Part shown: positions 1-8,271 of the stretch, piece after piece | How positions within the stretch are numbered: position 1 is the first letter of the stretch | Layout of the letters: each line of letters starts with the position of its first letter | Origin: an uncultured Chitinophagaceae bacterium | GTDB taxonomy: Bacteria; Bacteroidota; Bacteroidia; Chitinophagales; Chitinophagaceae | DNA: 64,000 nt | Direction of reading: 5' to 3' | Assembly: GCA_903895845.1 (NCBI GenBank) | Contig: CAITVK010000050.1 | Span: forward strand, 4,171-68,170 | Translations under genes and position numbers: made by a program | Notes under the pieces: generated by a model | Told to the model about the DNA's origin: nothing | The model's input: the letters and a program-made list of their open reading frames with translations, nothing else | Database searches by the model: none

Positions 1-1186
1 TATTTTTGATGGAAACAGCGCCAAAATAGACAGATACTACATAAAAAGTAGTGTCGGAAGAACCTTGTAGGATACAAGCTAGCCTGCCCGAAAAAGAATC
101 GGGGCCATAGGTTTTCATGGTGTCAATCATCATACCTCTTGCACCGCCGCCACTCAATGGTTTGATGAGTGCCGTTGGGATGCCATCCACAAAACGGGTA
201 TCGGCACCGAATAATGCAAAAAGGTTTTTCATGCCTGCAATAATGACTTCGAAAGTACCGCTACTACGCAATAAACTGATGGCAACCAGCATACCCACCA
301 GATAGGGGATTATTTTGATGGCCGTTTCGAAACCGCCCTTAGCACCAGCCACAAAGGCATCGAAAATGTTTATCTTTTTGTACAGTGCCGCAACGATTAT
401 CAACAGAAAAATAAACAGGATTAATCCATTACTCAATACGTTGGAAAAAGACTGAACACCTTTTACTGAAAGGCTTGTGAGGTAGACCACCAAACTAGCT
501 ATCACCGCCGATAAACCTAGAATCCAGCTAAGAATAATGGGTTGCAGCAAGTTTATCTTTTGTTTAAAAGCCACAATCAGCATGGCGGCGAGGGTAGCAA
601 CAAAAGTAGCAATCATGCAAGGCACAAAAATGTCTGTAGGATTAACCGACTTCATAGAAGACCTGGCTGCAATAATGCTCACAGGGATAAGCGTAAGTCC
701 GGCTGCATGCAAACAAAGGAACATGATCTGTGCGTTGGAAGCCGTGGTTTTGTCCTTATTCAGTTCTTGCAGACTCTCCATTGTTTTAATGCCAAAGGGG
801 GTAGCCGCATTGTCGAGTCCCAAAAGATTTGCAGAGAAATTCATCATCATATAACCCAAGGAAGGATGTCCTTTGGGAACGTCGGGAAATAGTTTGGTAA
901 AGAAGGGACCAATTATCTTAGACAGAAAGCGGATGCCACCTGCTTGGTCGGCAATACTCATAAATCCCATAAACAAAGCCATTACGCCCACCAGATTGAT
1001 ACATAAATCAACTGCCGACTTACAAGTAGGTATCACACCATCTACTTTCAGAGGGTTGGCAGCATCATCGGCTTTGCCAATTACCATCCAGCTAAAGATG
1101 TCGGTATTGCCGAAGTAGACACACTTGAATAGTGCCACGCCAATTGCTACAATGATAAATGCACTCCAGATTCTACTTAAAGCCAC
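1..1186 (-). CDS. Nucleoside-recognition (Gate) domain membrane protein, fused SpmA/SpmB-like; C-terminal end runs off the left edge
   Basis: Absent from the ORF track because it has no in-window stop. Hand translation of the minus strand from GTG at 1186 gives MALSRIWSAFIIVAIGVALFK...MMMNFSANLLGLDNAATPFGIKTMESL...IPTALIKPLSGGGARGMMIDTMKTYGPDSF...FYVVSVYFGAVSIKN and stays open to base 1. The + strand ORFs at 117-1118 are antisense artefacts. Confidence 0.8.
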   Translation of the reverse strand, partial: MALSRIWSAFIIVAIGVALFKCVYFGNTDIFSWMVIGKADDAANPLKVDGVIPTCKSAVDLCINLVGVMALFMGFMSIADQAGGIRFLSKIIGPFFTKLFPDVPKGHPSLGYMMMNFSANLLGLDNAATPFGIKTMESLQELNKDKTTASNAQIMFLCLHAAGLTLIPVSIIAARSSMKSVNPTDIFVPCMIATFVATLAAMLIVAFKQKINLLQPIILSWILGLSAVIASLVVYLTSLSVKGVQSFSNVLSNGLILFIFLLIIVAALYKKINIFDAFVAGAKGGFETAIKIIPYLVGMLVAISLLRSSGTFEVIIAGMKNLFALFGADTRFVDGIPTALIKPLSGGGARGMMIDTMKTYGPDSFSGRLACILQGSSDTTFYVVSVYFGAVSIKN

Positions 1187-1195
1187 TTTTTAAAT

Positions 1196-1254
1196 ATGAG
1201 TTATGAACTATGAATTATGAGTTCGAAGATAGTGGTTTCGGGTTACTGGTTATT
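1196..1254. repeat. Two tandem heptamer runs: 4 x ATGARYT (1196-1223) and 3 x GGTTNNN (1234-1254)
   Basis: Read directly: atgagtt|atgaact|atgaatt|atgagtt, then ggtttcg|ggttact|ggttatt. In the orientation of the downstream gene the first run reads AACTCAT-type heptamers and ends 10 nt before GTG 1186. Confidence 0.7.
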
Positions 1255-1331
1255 CCTCTATTTCTTTCACTAACTACGCGGCGCAGACAGCGCCGCTGTA
1301 ACGCCCTTATTTGACGGGCGGTAGAGGGGAG

Positions 1332-2414
1332 TTATTTTAATTCATCTTTTCTCACAGATACCTCAATTAATCTATAACCGTCTTTAGTCCTAAGAAATTC
1401 AAAATTATCTTGAGCTAAATCTTTTTTGTCTTTGTAGCTTATCACGATATTTTTTACAGGGTAAATCCAACTCTTTGCTTCGCCACAAGTAGAGAAGTAA
1501 TCTTTGTATTCGGCAGATTCAAAATTATATGCACTTAAATCTTCGTCAAAAATATCGTAGCTGCAATCTTTTGATTTGAGTTGAAGAAGTTTTTTTTCTA
1601 TGAGTACATAATTTCTCTCAATAAAACTTTCTCTTTCTTCACTCATCCACCCATTAGATTCTTTCCAAAAAAAAACATCTTTATTTGTATTTTTAAGTAA
1701 ATTATCTTTTGTCAGATTGCAAAGCAAAGATGATTTTAGCCAACTCCTAAATTCTTTATCAAAATCAATAAAAGAATAATATTGTCCATTGATGCCCTTA
1801 AAATTTTGTCTTAATGAATCAGTATTTGGTTGAGGAGAAACAAGAACGGAAAAGAAGTTTAAGTTTCTAGTATATCTAAAGCTATCAATTAGGGTTCTGT
1901 TATTTGTGTCAATCAGAATATCCTTCCCGCCTTTCCAAAAAAAATCTTCTCCCAATCTCTTTCTTTTTGCACCCTTTATACCTATTGTCATTCCGTTTCT
2001 AACTTTCGTCAATTCATCGTATTCGGCTGGTATTGCAACATCTCCATTTCTATTAAACATTCCTACTTTATCAGTTTTATTATCATGAAAACGTATGAAG
2101 CCTTCACTTTCACAGTCTGGACCATTGTCAAATCGATAGACACTATCTTTCCCTAACATTCTTCCACTCTTGGTCAGATAATAGTAACTATTTCTTTTCT
2201 CATTTGAATCTTCAGTTACAATAATTATATCCTCAAACTTAATTTCACTTGTAAATGCTTGGAATTTAGGAGCAATTCTCACAACCCCATTGCTATCCTT
2301 AAAACCTATGAAGCTGCTATCCTTGTTCCAAAAGGAAGTCCAAATATCTTTGCTTTGCCCAAACATTGTTGCACCAGTTAATGTCAACACGCACGTAAGT
2401 ATATAATATCTCAT
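1332..2414 (-). CDS. Secreted hypothetical protein, possibly WG-repeat-like
   Basis: 360-aa ORF with an N-terminal signal-like segment (MRYYILTCVLTLTGATMFGQ). It has repeated G-x-hydrophobic...NG-V/D-x-I-P/A..F/Y segments (FKDSNGVVRIAPKF, FNRNGDVAIPAEYDEL). The gene is visibly A+T-rich. Confidence 0.55.
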   Translation of the reverse strand: MRYYILTCVLTLTGATMFGQSKDIWTSFWNKDSSFIGFKDSNGVVRIAPKFQAFTSEIKFEDIIIVTEDSNEKRNSYYYLTKSGRMLGKDSVYRFDNGPDCESEGFIRFHDNKTDKVGMFNRNGDVAIPAEYDELTKVRNGMTIGIKGAKRKRLGEDFFWKGGKDILIDTNNRTLIDSFRYTRNLNFFSVLVSPQPNTDSLRQNFKGINGQYYSFIDFDKEFRSWLKSSLLCNLTKDNLLKNTNKDVFFWKESNGWMSEERESFIERNYVLIEKKLLQLKSKDCSYDIFDEDLSAYNFESAEYKDYFSTCGEAKSWIYPVKNIVISYKDKKDLAQDNFEFLRTKDGYRLIEVSVRKDELK

Positions 2415-2610
2415 TTTACCCTTTTGCTGATGTAGGCGTTCTTTCTCCTACATCTACTTTGTAAATATAATATCCCCACACAAACCCCTTCTATTTTATT
2501 TATCAACTACTACTAAAGAATGCATAATCTCACCTACTATCCAATACCAATAAAGGTTTCAGAGCTTCAAGAGGATGGCTAATGAATGCTAAGCACCCTA
2601 TACCCCCCTG

Positions 2611-2810
2611 AAAACAATATTCTTTTTTGTAAAACGAATATTCTTTCTGGCAAGAAGGATATTCTTTTTGGTAAAAAGGATATTCTTTCTAGTTAAAAGG
2701 ATATTCTTTTTGGTAAGAAAGATATCCTTTCTAGTTAAACGAATATTCTTTTTGGTAAGAAAGATATCCTTTCTGGTAAAACGAATATTCCTTTTAGTAG
2801 AAAAAAAATA
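2611..2810. repeat. 21-bp tandem array A: 9 full units plus a partial one, consensus AaArGATATYCTTTYTrGTa
   Basis: The ATATTC/ATATCC core starts at 2617, 2638, 2659, 2680, 2701, 2722, 2743, 2764 and 2785, exactly 21 bp apart each time. Units alternate between ..ttttggta and ..ttctagtt, giving a 42-bp higher order. The core is near-palindromic (GAATATTC, AAGGATATCCTT-like). Confidence 0.9.
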
Positions 2811-2904
2811 CAATTTACCCTATTAACTCCTAGGGTATAGGCTTGGAAGGCTTTTTTTTTTCTTCTTATCACTCACAACTTACCCCTCATATTTCATAAC
2901 CATA

Positions 2905-2937
2905 ATGGTCAACAACCTTCAAAAGGTTGTTGACCAT
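2905..2937 (-). terminator. Hairpin downstream of the D-aminoacylase gene
   Basis: atggtcaacaacct / tcaaa / aggttgttgaccat forms a perfect 14-bp stem. It lies 37 nt past the stop at 2974 in the minus direction. Confidence 0.5.
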
Positions 2938-2973
2938 AGCAAAAGCTACCTATTTCCTATTAATCATTAAACA

Positions 2974-4536
2974 TTATCCCCCTCTCTTCACCGTCCTGCC
3001 ATTTCTGGCACCTGTGTGTTTGCCATCATTCATGGTCAGCTTTCCATTTACTATCACGTACTTAACCCCTACAGAATATTGGTGTGGGTTATCGAAAGTG
3101 GACATATCATTGATGGTCTTTTCATCAAATATGGTAATATCGGCATTGTATCCTTCGCTGAGTAAGCCAATATTTTTCAACTGAAACTTCTGTGCAGGCA
3201 AGCTTGTCATCCTACGGATAGCTTCCTCCAGGCCAATTACTTTTTGTTCCCGCACATACTTTCCTAGCACCCGCGCATTGGTACCATAAGACCGTGGATG
3301 TGGCACGCCCTCACCAATTACCCGGATGCCACCATCACTCGCAAACATATTAAACGGGTATTGCATAATCGCCTTCACATCCTCCTCACACATCCCATGA
3401 AAAACCATGCTGCTACCACCTGCACTCATCATATCCATCACCGTATTCGCTTCTGCCTCGGCGGTGTGTGGCTTACCCAGCATCGTGTTCACGTCTTCAA
3501 TGCTCTTTCCGTTGTAGCTTTTGTCGGCCTTATAATTGGCGACCACTGCATAGGAAAAATGTTCCAGTCCCCTCTTTTTCAAACCTTTCAGCATAAAGTT
3601 TAATATCCTTTTATGGTTATCAGGGTTTGCAAGTCTGGCAACTATACTATCCTGACCATCAGCCAATGCCCAGCTTGGCAACATAGTACCCAGATTGGTG
3701 CTACTGGCCGTGTAAGGATATTGGTCAATAGTGGCATCAATACCTTCTTCCCGTGCCTTTATTATCAAGGGGATGGTCTCTTTGCTACGTCCCCAGTTCT
3801 GTTCACCCACAACTTTGTAGTGCGAAATCTCTACCGGCATCTTTGCTTGGCGGGCAATGTCCAGCGCCTCATTGATAGCAATTACTACACTATCACCCTC
3901 ACTTCTGATGTGGCTGGTATAAACGCCATTGTACTTAGCAGCCGCTTTGGCAAGCCGCACAACCTCCTCCGTTTTACTGTAAGTGCCTGGTATATAAATG
4001 AGCCCCGTAGAAAAGCCGACAGCCCCATCCTGCATGGCTTTCTCAACAATCGCCTCCATTTTCTGCATCTCTTCTTCGGTGGGCAAGCGGTTGGCAGAAC
4101 CCATCACTGCCTTACGAACATCATTATGCCCCACCAATGAACCAATGTTGATAGACATCTTCAGGTTATTCAGATACTCGAAATATTTTTTGATATCCGT
4201 ATGCGATACGCCACAATTACCCGTGATAACGGTAGTAACGCCGTCGAAAATGAAGTTATTAGCCTGTGGATCTTTCTTCTCCAAATCTTCCATGTGGGTA
4301 TGCACATCAATGAATCCGGGGGATACAATCAATCCAGTTGCATCAATCGTCTTCCCCCCAGTCCAATTATCCAGATGCCCCTTCGCTACTATTTTGCCAT
4401 CCTTCACAGCAATATCACCCACTGTCCACGAGTTGCCCGTACCGTCAATAATCTTCCCGTTTTTAATAAGAATATCTGCTTGCTGTGCATGGGAAACAGT
4501 AACAACCAATAATAAGAGGTAAAAAAGTTTTTTCAT
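2974..4536 (-). CDS. N-acyl-D-amino-acid deacylase (D-aminoacylase) family amidohydrolase, secreted
   Basis: 520-aa ORF with a signal peptide (MKKLFYLLLLVVTVSHAQ). The N-terminus ILIKNGKIIDGTG...GFIDVHTHMED is typical of the metal-dependent amidohydrolase / D-aminoacylase family. Confidence 0.8.
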   Translation of the reverse strand: MKKLFYLLLLVVTVSHAQQADILIKNGKIIDGTGNSWTVGDIAVKDGKIVAKGHLDNWTGGKTIDATGLIVSPGFIDVHTHMEDLEKKDPQANNFIFDGVTTVITGNCGVSHTDIKKYFEYLNNLKMSINIGSLVGHNDVRKAVMGSANRLPTEEEMQKMEAIVEKAMQDGAVGFSTGLIYIPGTYSKTEEVVRLAKAAAKYNGVYTSHIRSEGDSVVIAINEALDIARQAKMPVEISHYKVVGEQNWGRSKETIPLIIKAREEGIDATIDQYPYTASSTNLGTMLPSWALADGQDSIVARLANPDNHKRILNFMLKGLKKRGLEHFSYAVVANYKADKSYNGKSIEDVNTMLGKPHTAEAEANTVMDMMSAGGSSMVFHGMCEEDVKAIMQYPFNMFASDGGIRVIGEGVPHPRSYGTNARVLGKYVREQKVIGLEEAIRRMTSLPAQKFQLKNIGLLSEGYNADITIFDEKTINDMSTFDNPHQYSVGVKYVIVNGKLTMNDGKHTGARNGRTVKRGG

Positions 4537-4692
4537 ACTAATAAAACAAAGTAGTTAACATGATTGATTCCAATACATAATGCCTTAAGTGCTTGAAATG
4601 TAACGATATAAGCGTCATTAACTTTTTCTCTGTTCCTCAATGGAAATACTTTGGTTTAATCTGCTACATTTGAATCCTAACAAATAGTTGTC

Positions 4693-5502
4693 ATGAAAAT
4701 ATATCTGTTGTTTATTTCATTTCTCATCATAATAACGGCCAATGCATCCGTTGATACTGTTGCCATCTTTAGTAAAAGCATGCATAAAAGCATCAATACT
4801 GTGGTGATAAAACCGAGCTATTATAGTACCACTACCCGCTATCCAACTGTTTATTTATTGCATGGATATAGTGGAAAATACTCGGATTGGATTAGAAAAG
4901 TGCCTGCCCTGCAACAGCTTGCCGATGATGACCACTTGCTGATTGTTTGCCCCGACGGGGGATTTTCCAGTTGGTATTTTGATAGCCCTATTGATAGTTC
5001 CTACAGATACGAAACCTTTGTAGCCATTGAGATACCTTCATTTATTGATGCACATTACAGCACCATTGCCAACAGAAACGGGCGCGCCATTACGGGATTG
5101 AGTATGGGAGGCCATGGAGGATTGTTTTTGGGATACCGCCATGCAGATATTTTTGGTGCTTGTGGAAGTATGAGTGGGGGCGTGAATTTAGACTATAGCA
5201 GAAACAAGTTTGACGTGATGAAACGCATTGGAGACACCATTAACCATGCTGATAACTGGAAAAAGTATTCGGTATTGAATGTGGTGGATACTTATCCAAA
5301 AGATTCTATTGCTATTATTTTTGATTGCGGCGTAGACGATTTCTTTTACTCTGATAACAAGGCACTACACAATAAATTGGTGGCAATGCACGTGAAACAC
5401 GATTATATTGAACGACCTGGTAAGCACGATTGGCAATATTGGAGCAATGCCGTGGAGTATCAGCTATACTTCTTTAAGAAATATTTCCAGCGTAATGAGT
5501 AA
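4693..5502 (+). CDS. Esterase family protein (esterase D / putative esterase fold)
   Basis: 269-aa ORF with a signal peptide, YLLHGYSG and the GLSMGGHG nucleophile elbow. Confidence 0.75.
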   Translation: MKIYLLFISFLIIITANASVDTVAIFSKSMHKSINTVVIKPSYYSTTTRYPTVYLLHGYSGKYSDWIRKVPALQQLADDDHLLIVCPDGGFSSWYFDSPIDSSYRYETFVAIEIPSFIDAHYSTIANRNGRAITGLSMGGHGGLFLGYRHADIFGACGSMSGGVNLDYSRNKFDVMKRIGDTINHADNWKKYSVLNVVDTYPKDSIAIIFDCGVDDFFYSDNKALHNKLVAMHVKHDYIERPGKHDWQYWSNAVEYQLYFFKKYFQRNE

Positions 5503-5511
5503 TAGCTGAGA

Positions 5512-6171
5512 TTAGTATTGGACAGTACCATCCCTGATTTTAAATTTCTTCTTCTTTTCAATCTTTTTCTCAAACTGAACAACTTCTTTTGGCTTGTTGT
5601 TGGTTGCAGCAGAAGGATTGTTTCCTCCTTTGGGGCCATCTGCTTTTACGTCTTGCAACTTATCAAACAAATAGCTTTCTGTTTTAACCAGCTTACCAGT
5701 TTCGGCATCATAGTAGCGCCAGTTGCCATGTTTTACAGTGGTGGCAGAAACTTTCACCACCTTCATTTCATACTTATCAGGGTCGGTTACACTAGGCACA
5801 TAGACAGTATCATACGGATAAAGGGGATCGGTAGCATGCCAGAATTCGGTATGTTCTAAACCATAAATATTAAAGTATTGACTTTCCCCATCTTTAAATC
5901 CATACTTGTAGTTCTCCAAAGCAATAAAATCGCCCATCAGATTATAGTTTCTCCAGGGGCCATCCTTTTTATCGTCCTTAAATATGCCTTCCTCTTCGTG
6001 TCCGGGTTCTCCTCTCAACGCTTCTACACGGATTACCCATTTGCCCTGTTTCTTTCCGTTGACATCAGTACAATTAAGGGTATCGCCAGCGGCACTCAAC
6101 CTGAAAGTTGCACATTGCGCAAAAGAATCTGTAGAGATTAATATGATGATGAAGGCAAAAATCCAACGCAT
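5512..6171 (-). CDS. Secreted MORN-variant (YwqK-like) repeat protein
   Basis: 219-aa ORF with a signal peptide. It carries repeated K-x-G-x-W / KDG motifs (GKKQGKWVI, KKDGPWRNY, FKDGESQYF, KHGNWRYY). Confidence 0.55.
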   Translation of the reverse strand: MRWIFAFIIILISTDSFAQCATFRLSAAGDTLNCTDVNGKKQGKWVIRVEALRGEPGHEEEGIFKDDKKDGPWRNYNLMGDFIALENYKYGFKDGESQYFNIYGLEHTEFWHATDPLYPYDTVYVPSVTDPDKYEMKVVKVSATTVKHGNWRYYDAETGKLVKTESYLFDKLQDVKADGPKGGNNPSAATNNKPKEVVQFEKKIEKKKKFKIRDGTVQY

Positions 6172-6317
6172 GTTTTAAAGTATTTGACCCGAAAATACCA
6201 ATTATTTCCATTGTAACGAAATAGGGCGAAATGTTTTATCGTTTCAATAAGAAAAGGGGTATAAAAACTGTTCGTTTTCATACCCCTCCAGATAGTTTTA
6301 TTGCTATGTATTGATGC

Positions 6318-6617
6318 TTATTGAGCAAACTTCTCCGTCTTTTCATCGCCCGTAATATCGCCATGACTACGAATCTGAATTTGTAAGCTGCTAATCCATT
6401 CACTACAACCACGGCTATATAAAAACTCATTTACGTCGTGGATTAGCTTCATTACTTCGTCGTAAGTGCCTTCCAGAACTGTAGCAAATGGCCCCACTTC
6501 ATATTTTACTCCCGAAGCCTGAATGATGGCAATGGCTTCATCTACCCATTCGTAGGGATGTTTGTCTGTTACGACTGGAATAATCTGAATGCTTGCGTTA
6601 ATAATGAATTGATGCAC
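6318..6617 (-). CDS. MTH1187/YkoF (UPF0045) family thiamine-binding-like protein
   Basis: 99-aa ORF. IQIIPVV...YEVGPFATVLEGTYDEVMKLI matches the family pattern. The start is GTG, 19 nt after the aroC stop, so co-transcription is likely. Confidence 0.7.
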   Translation of the reverse strand: MHQFIINASIQIIPVVTDKHPYEWVDEAIAIIQASGVKYEVGPFATVLEGTYDEVMKLIHDVNEFLYSRGCSEWISSLQIQIRSHGDITGDEKTEKFAQ

Positions 6618-6622
6618 TTTGT

Positions 6623-6650
6623 TTAATTGATAATTGTTAATTAATAATTA
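6623..6650. repeat. 4 x WTAATTR tandem heptamers
   Basis: ttaattg|ataattg|ttaatta|ataatta. The run spans the aroC stop codon and ends 6 nt upstream of the ykoF-like start. Confidence 0.65.
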
Positions 6651-7935
6651 TCACTTCTGATACAGCGTCCAGATTGATAACACCATACACATGCGGAAAA
6701 GCAATATTTAGTGATGGGGCTATCTCGTACTTTAGTTGATGAGTCAATTTTTCTGGTTGAATAACCAGTTTTACCAAATTAGTTTGTCCAGCAAAGAAAC
6801 GTTCTAGTGTACCGGGTACTTGTTCTGCCGTACTCAAATGGATAAAACCTTCCGTATCTAAAGAGGCCGCTTCGTAGTAGCCTAACTCTTTAGCAGTATC
6901 CCAAGCGGCTTGGGTGGTGATATGATAAATAGGTTCTTCTTTGGGAAGACGACGAGGAATTTGATATTCCAACAGCATCAAATCAGTCAAAACCATTGCC
7001 GTAACTGCTTCCAACACAACAGGAACACGCAAGGCAATACACAAATCGTGACGACCTTTTACAGAGAAAGGTTCTACTTCGCCCGTATTCCAGTTAAGAG
7101 AAGTCTGTTCCTTTGGTGTGGAAGAAGTAGGCTTTATGGCGATACGAAACTCCAATTCATTGTTATTGGTAATGCCGCCAACAACACCACCCGCATGGTT
7201 AGTGGTTGTTTTGCCAGTACTATCTGCAATGGTATCATTATGTTCAACACCAAACATTCTGGCAGCAGCAAAGCCAGCACCAAATTCAATCCCTTTTACC
7301 GCAGGAATAGCAAACACTGCATGACTAATTAATGATTCTACAGAATCGAAAAAGTGTTCGCCCAATCCTAGAGGAAGTCCGTTCACCTTGCAATCTACAA
7401 TACCACCAATGCTGTCTTTGGCATCAATCGCTTTCTGCAAACCCTTTTCTAAATCTTTTTCTCCACCTATTTCTAGTATCGTACTTTTTACTTCTATTCC
7501 TTTCAAAAGCTTCTTGGCGATAACACCAACGGCAACCAAACAAACAGTCAAGCGACCACTAAAATGTCCACCACCTCTGAAATCTTCAAAGCCACCATAT
7601 TTCTGATGAGCAACAAAGTCCGCATGACCTGGACGAGGGAAATCACGTTGCTTTTGATAATCAGAAGAACGGGTATTGTTGTTTTCGAAGATGATAGTAA
7701 TAGGCGCACCAGTAGTATAACCATTGAAAATACCACTCTTAAAGATAGGCAAATCAGTCTCCTGGCGAGGAGTAGTACCCTTTTGAGTACCGCCTTTTCT
7801 ACGTTCAATATCAACCAAAAAATCATCTACTTTCAATGGCAATCCAGCAGGGCAGCCATCAATATTCACTCCCACGGATTCTCCGTGCGATTCGCCAAAT
7901 ATGGTAACCTTAAAAATTCGTCCGAAACTATTCAT
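6637..7935 (-). CDS. aroC: Chorismate synthase fused to a C-terminal DUF952 domain
   Basis: 432-aa ORF. The N-terminal ~335 aa match AroC (MNSFGRIFKVTIFGESHGESVGVNIDGCPAG...GRHDLCIALRVPVVLEAV). The last ~95 aa (IYHITTQAAWDTAKELGYYEAASLDTEGFIHLSTAEQVPGTLERFFAGQTNLVKLVI...FPHVYGVINLDAV) match the DUF952 pattern. Confidence 0.9.
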   Translation of the reverse strand: MNSFGRIFKVTIFGESHGESVGVNIDGCPAGLPLKVDDFLVDIERRKGGTQKGTTPRQETDLPIFKSGIFNGYTTGAPITIIFENNNTRSSDYQKQRDFPRPGHADFVAHQKYGGFEDFRGGGHFSGRLTVCLVAVGVIAKKLLKGIEVKSTILEIGGEKDLEKGLQKAIDAKDSIGGIVDCKVNGLPLGLGEHFFDSVESLISHAVFAIPAVKGIEFGAGFAAARMFGVEHNDTIADSTGKTTTNHAGGVVGGITNNNELEFRIAIKPTSSTPKEQTSLNWNTGEVEPFSVKGRHDLCIALRVPVVLEAVTAMVLTDLMLLEYQIPRRLPKEEPIYHITTQAAWDTAKELGYYEAASLDTEGFIHLSTAEQVPGTLERFFAGQTNLVKLVIQPEKLTHQLKYEIAPSLNIAFPHVYGVINLDAVSEVIIIN

Positions 7936-8013
7936 ACAGAAACCCCTTGCGGGGATTATATTATTTAAAAAGAATGCTCAAATTTATGGTAGTGATTTAG
8001 AAGTAGCTGTTTA

Positions 8014-8244
8014 AATGTTCATTTATGCGGTGCAAATGCTTATTTATATCATTTAAATGTTCATTTATTCCGCATCCATGTTCATTTATATGGCTTGAAT
8101 GCTTATTTATGCGACATAAATGTTCATTTATTCCGCATCCATGTTCATTTATATGGCGTGAATGCTTATTTATGTGACATAAATGTTCATTTATTCCGCA
8201 TCCATGTTCATTTATGCGACGCGAATGACCATTTATTCTTGCTA
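8014..8244. repeat. 21-bp tandem array B: 11 units, core AATGYTYATTTAT, with a 63-bp higher-order repeat
   Basis: The ATG of the core starts at 8015, 8036, 8057, 8078, 8099, 8120, 8141, 8162, 8183, 8204 and 8225, all 21 bp apart. The three-unit block aaatgttcatttattccgcatccatgttcatttat... recurs at 8055, 8118 and 8181. Confidence 0.9.
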
Positions 8245-8271
8245 ATTAGGGTATATAAAACCAATACAAGT

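Noticed and set aside
117-1118. Four + strand ORFs (62-116 aa) at the left edge
   Set aside because: They lie antisense to a continuous, recognisable SpmA/SpmB-like membrane protein frame on the minus strand that is open from 1186 to base 1.
2598-2813. 71-aa ORF translating array A into a heptad-like peptide (KKNIxLTRKxIxxT...). Similar ORFs cover array B (8095-8325), array E (46361-46660) and array F (54069-54338).
   Set aside because: These frames stay open only because a 21-bp repeat equals 7 codons. The peptides are extreme low-complexity and lack plausible starts or leaders. The arrays are equally open or closed in other frames by chance, so I treat them as non-coding repeats.
3298-4536. 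Several 100-175-aa + strand ORFs (3298-3603, 3613-4140, 3998-4522, 4201-4512). Similar antisense ORFs lie inside aroC, allantoinase, allantoicase, iscS, the helicase, the RND pump and others.
   Set aside because: They overlap strongly supported genes on the opposite strand and have no recognisable motifs. They are typical shadow ORFs.
8247-8255. TAGGGTATA occurs at the right flank of both array A (2831-2839) and array B (8247-8255), and CTAGGGT lies left of array D (31202-31208)
   Set aside because: A shared 9-mer is expected many times by chance in 64 kb. The positional coincidence is suggestive but not statistically secure from this window alone, so I do not claim a common array terminus.
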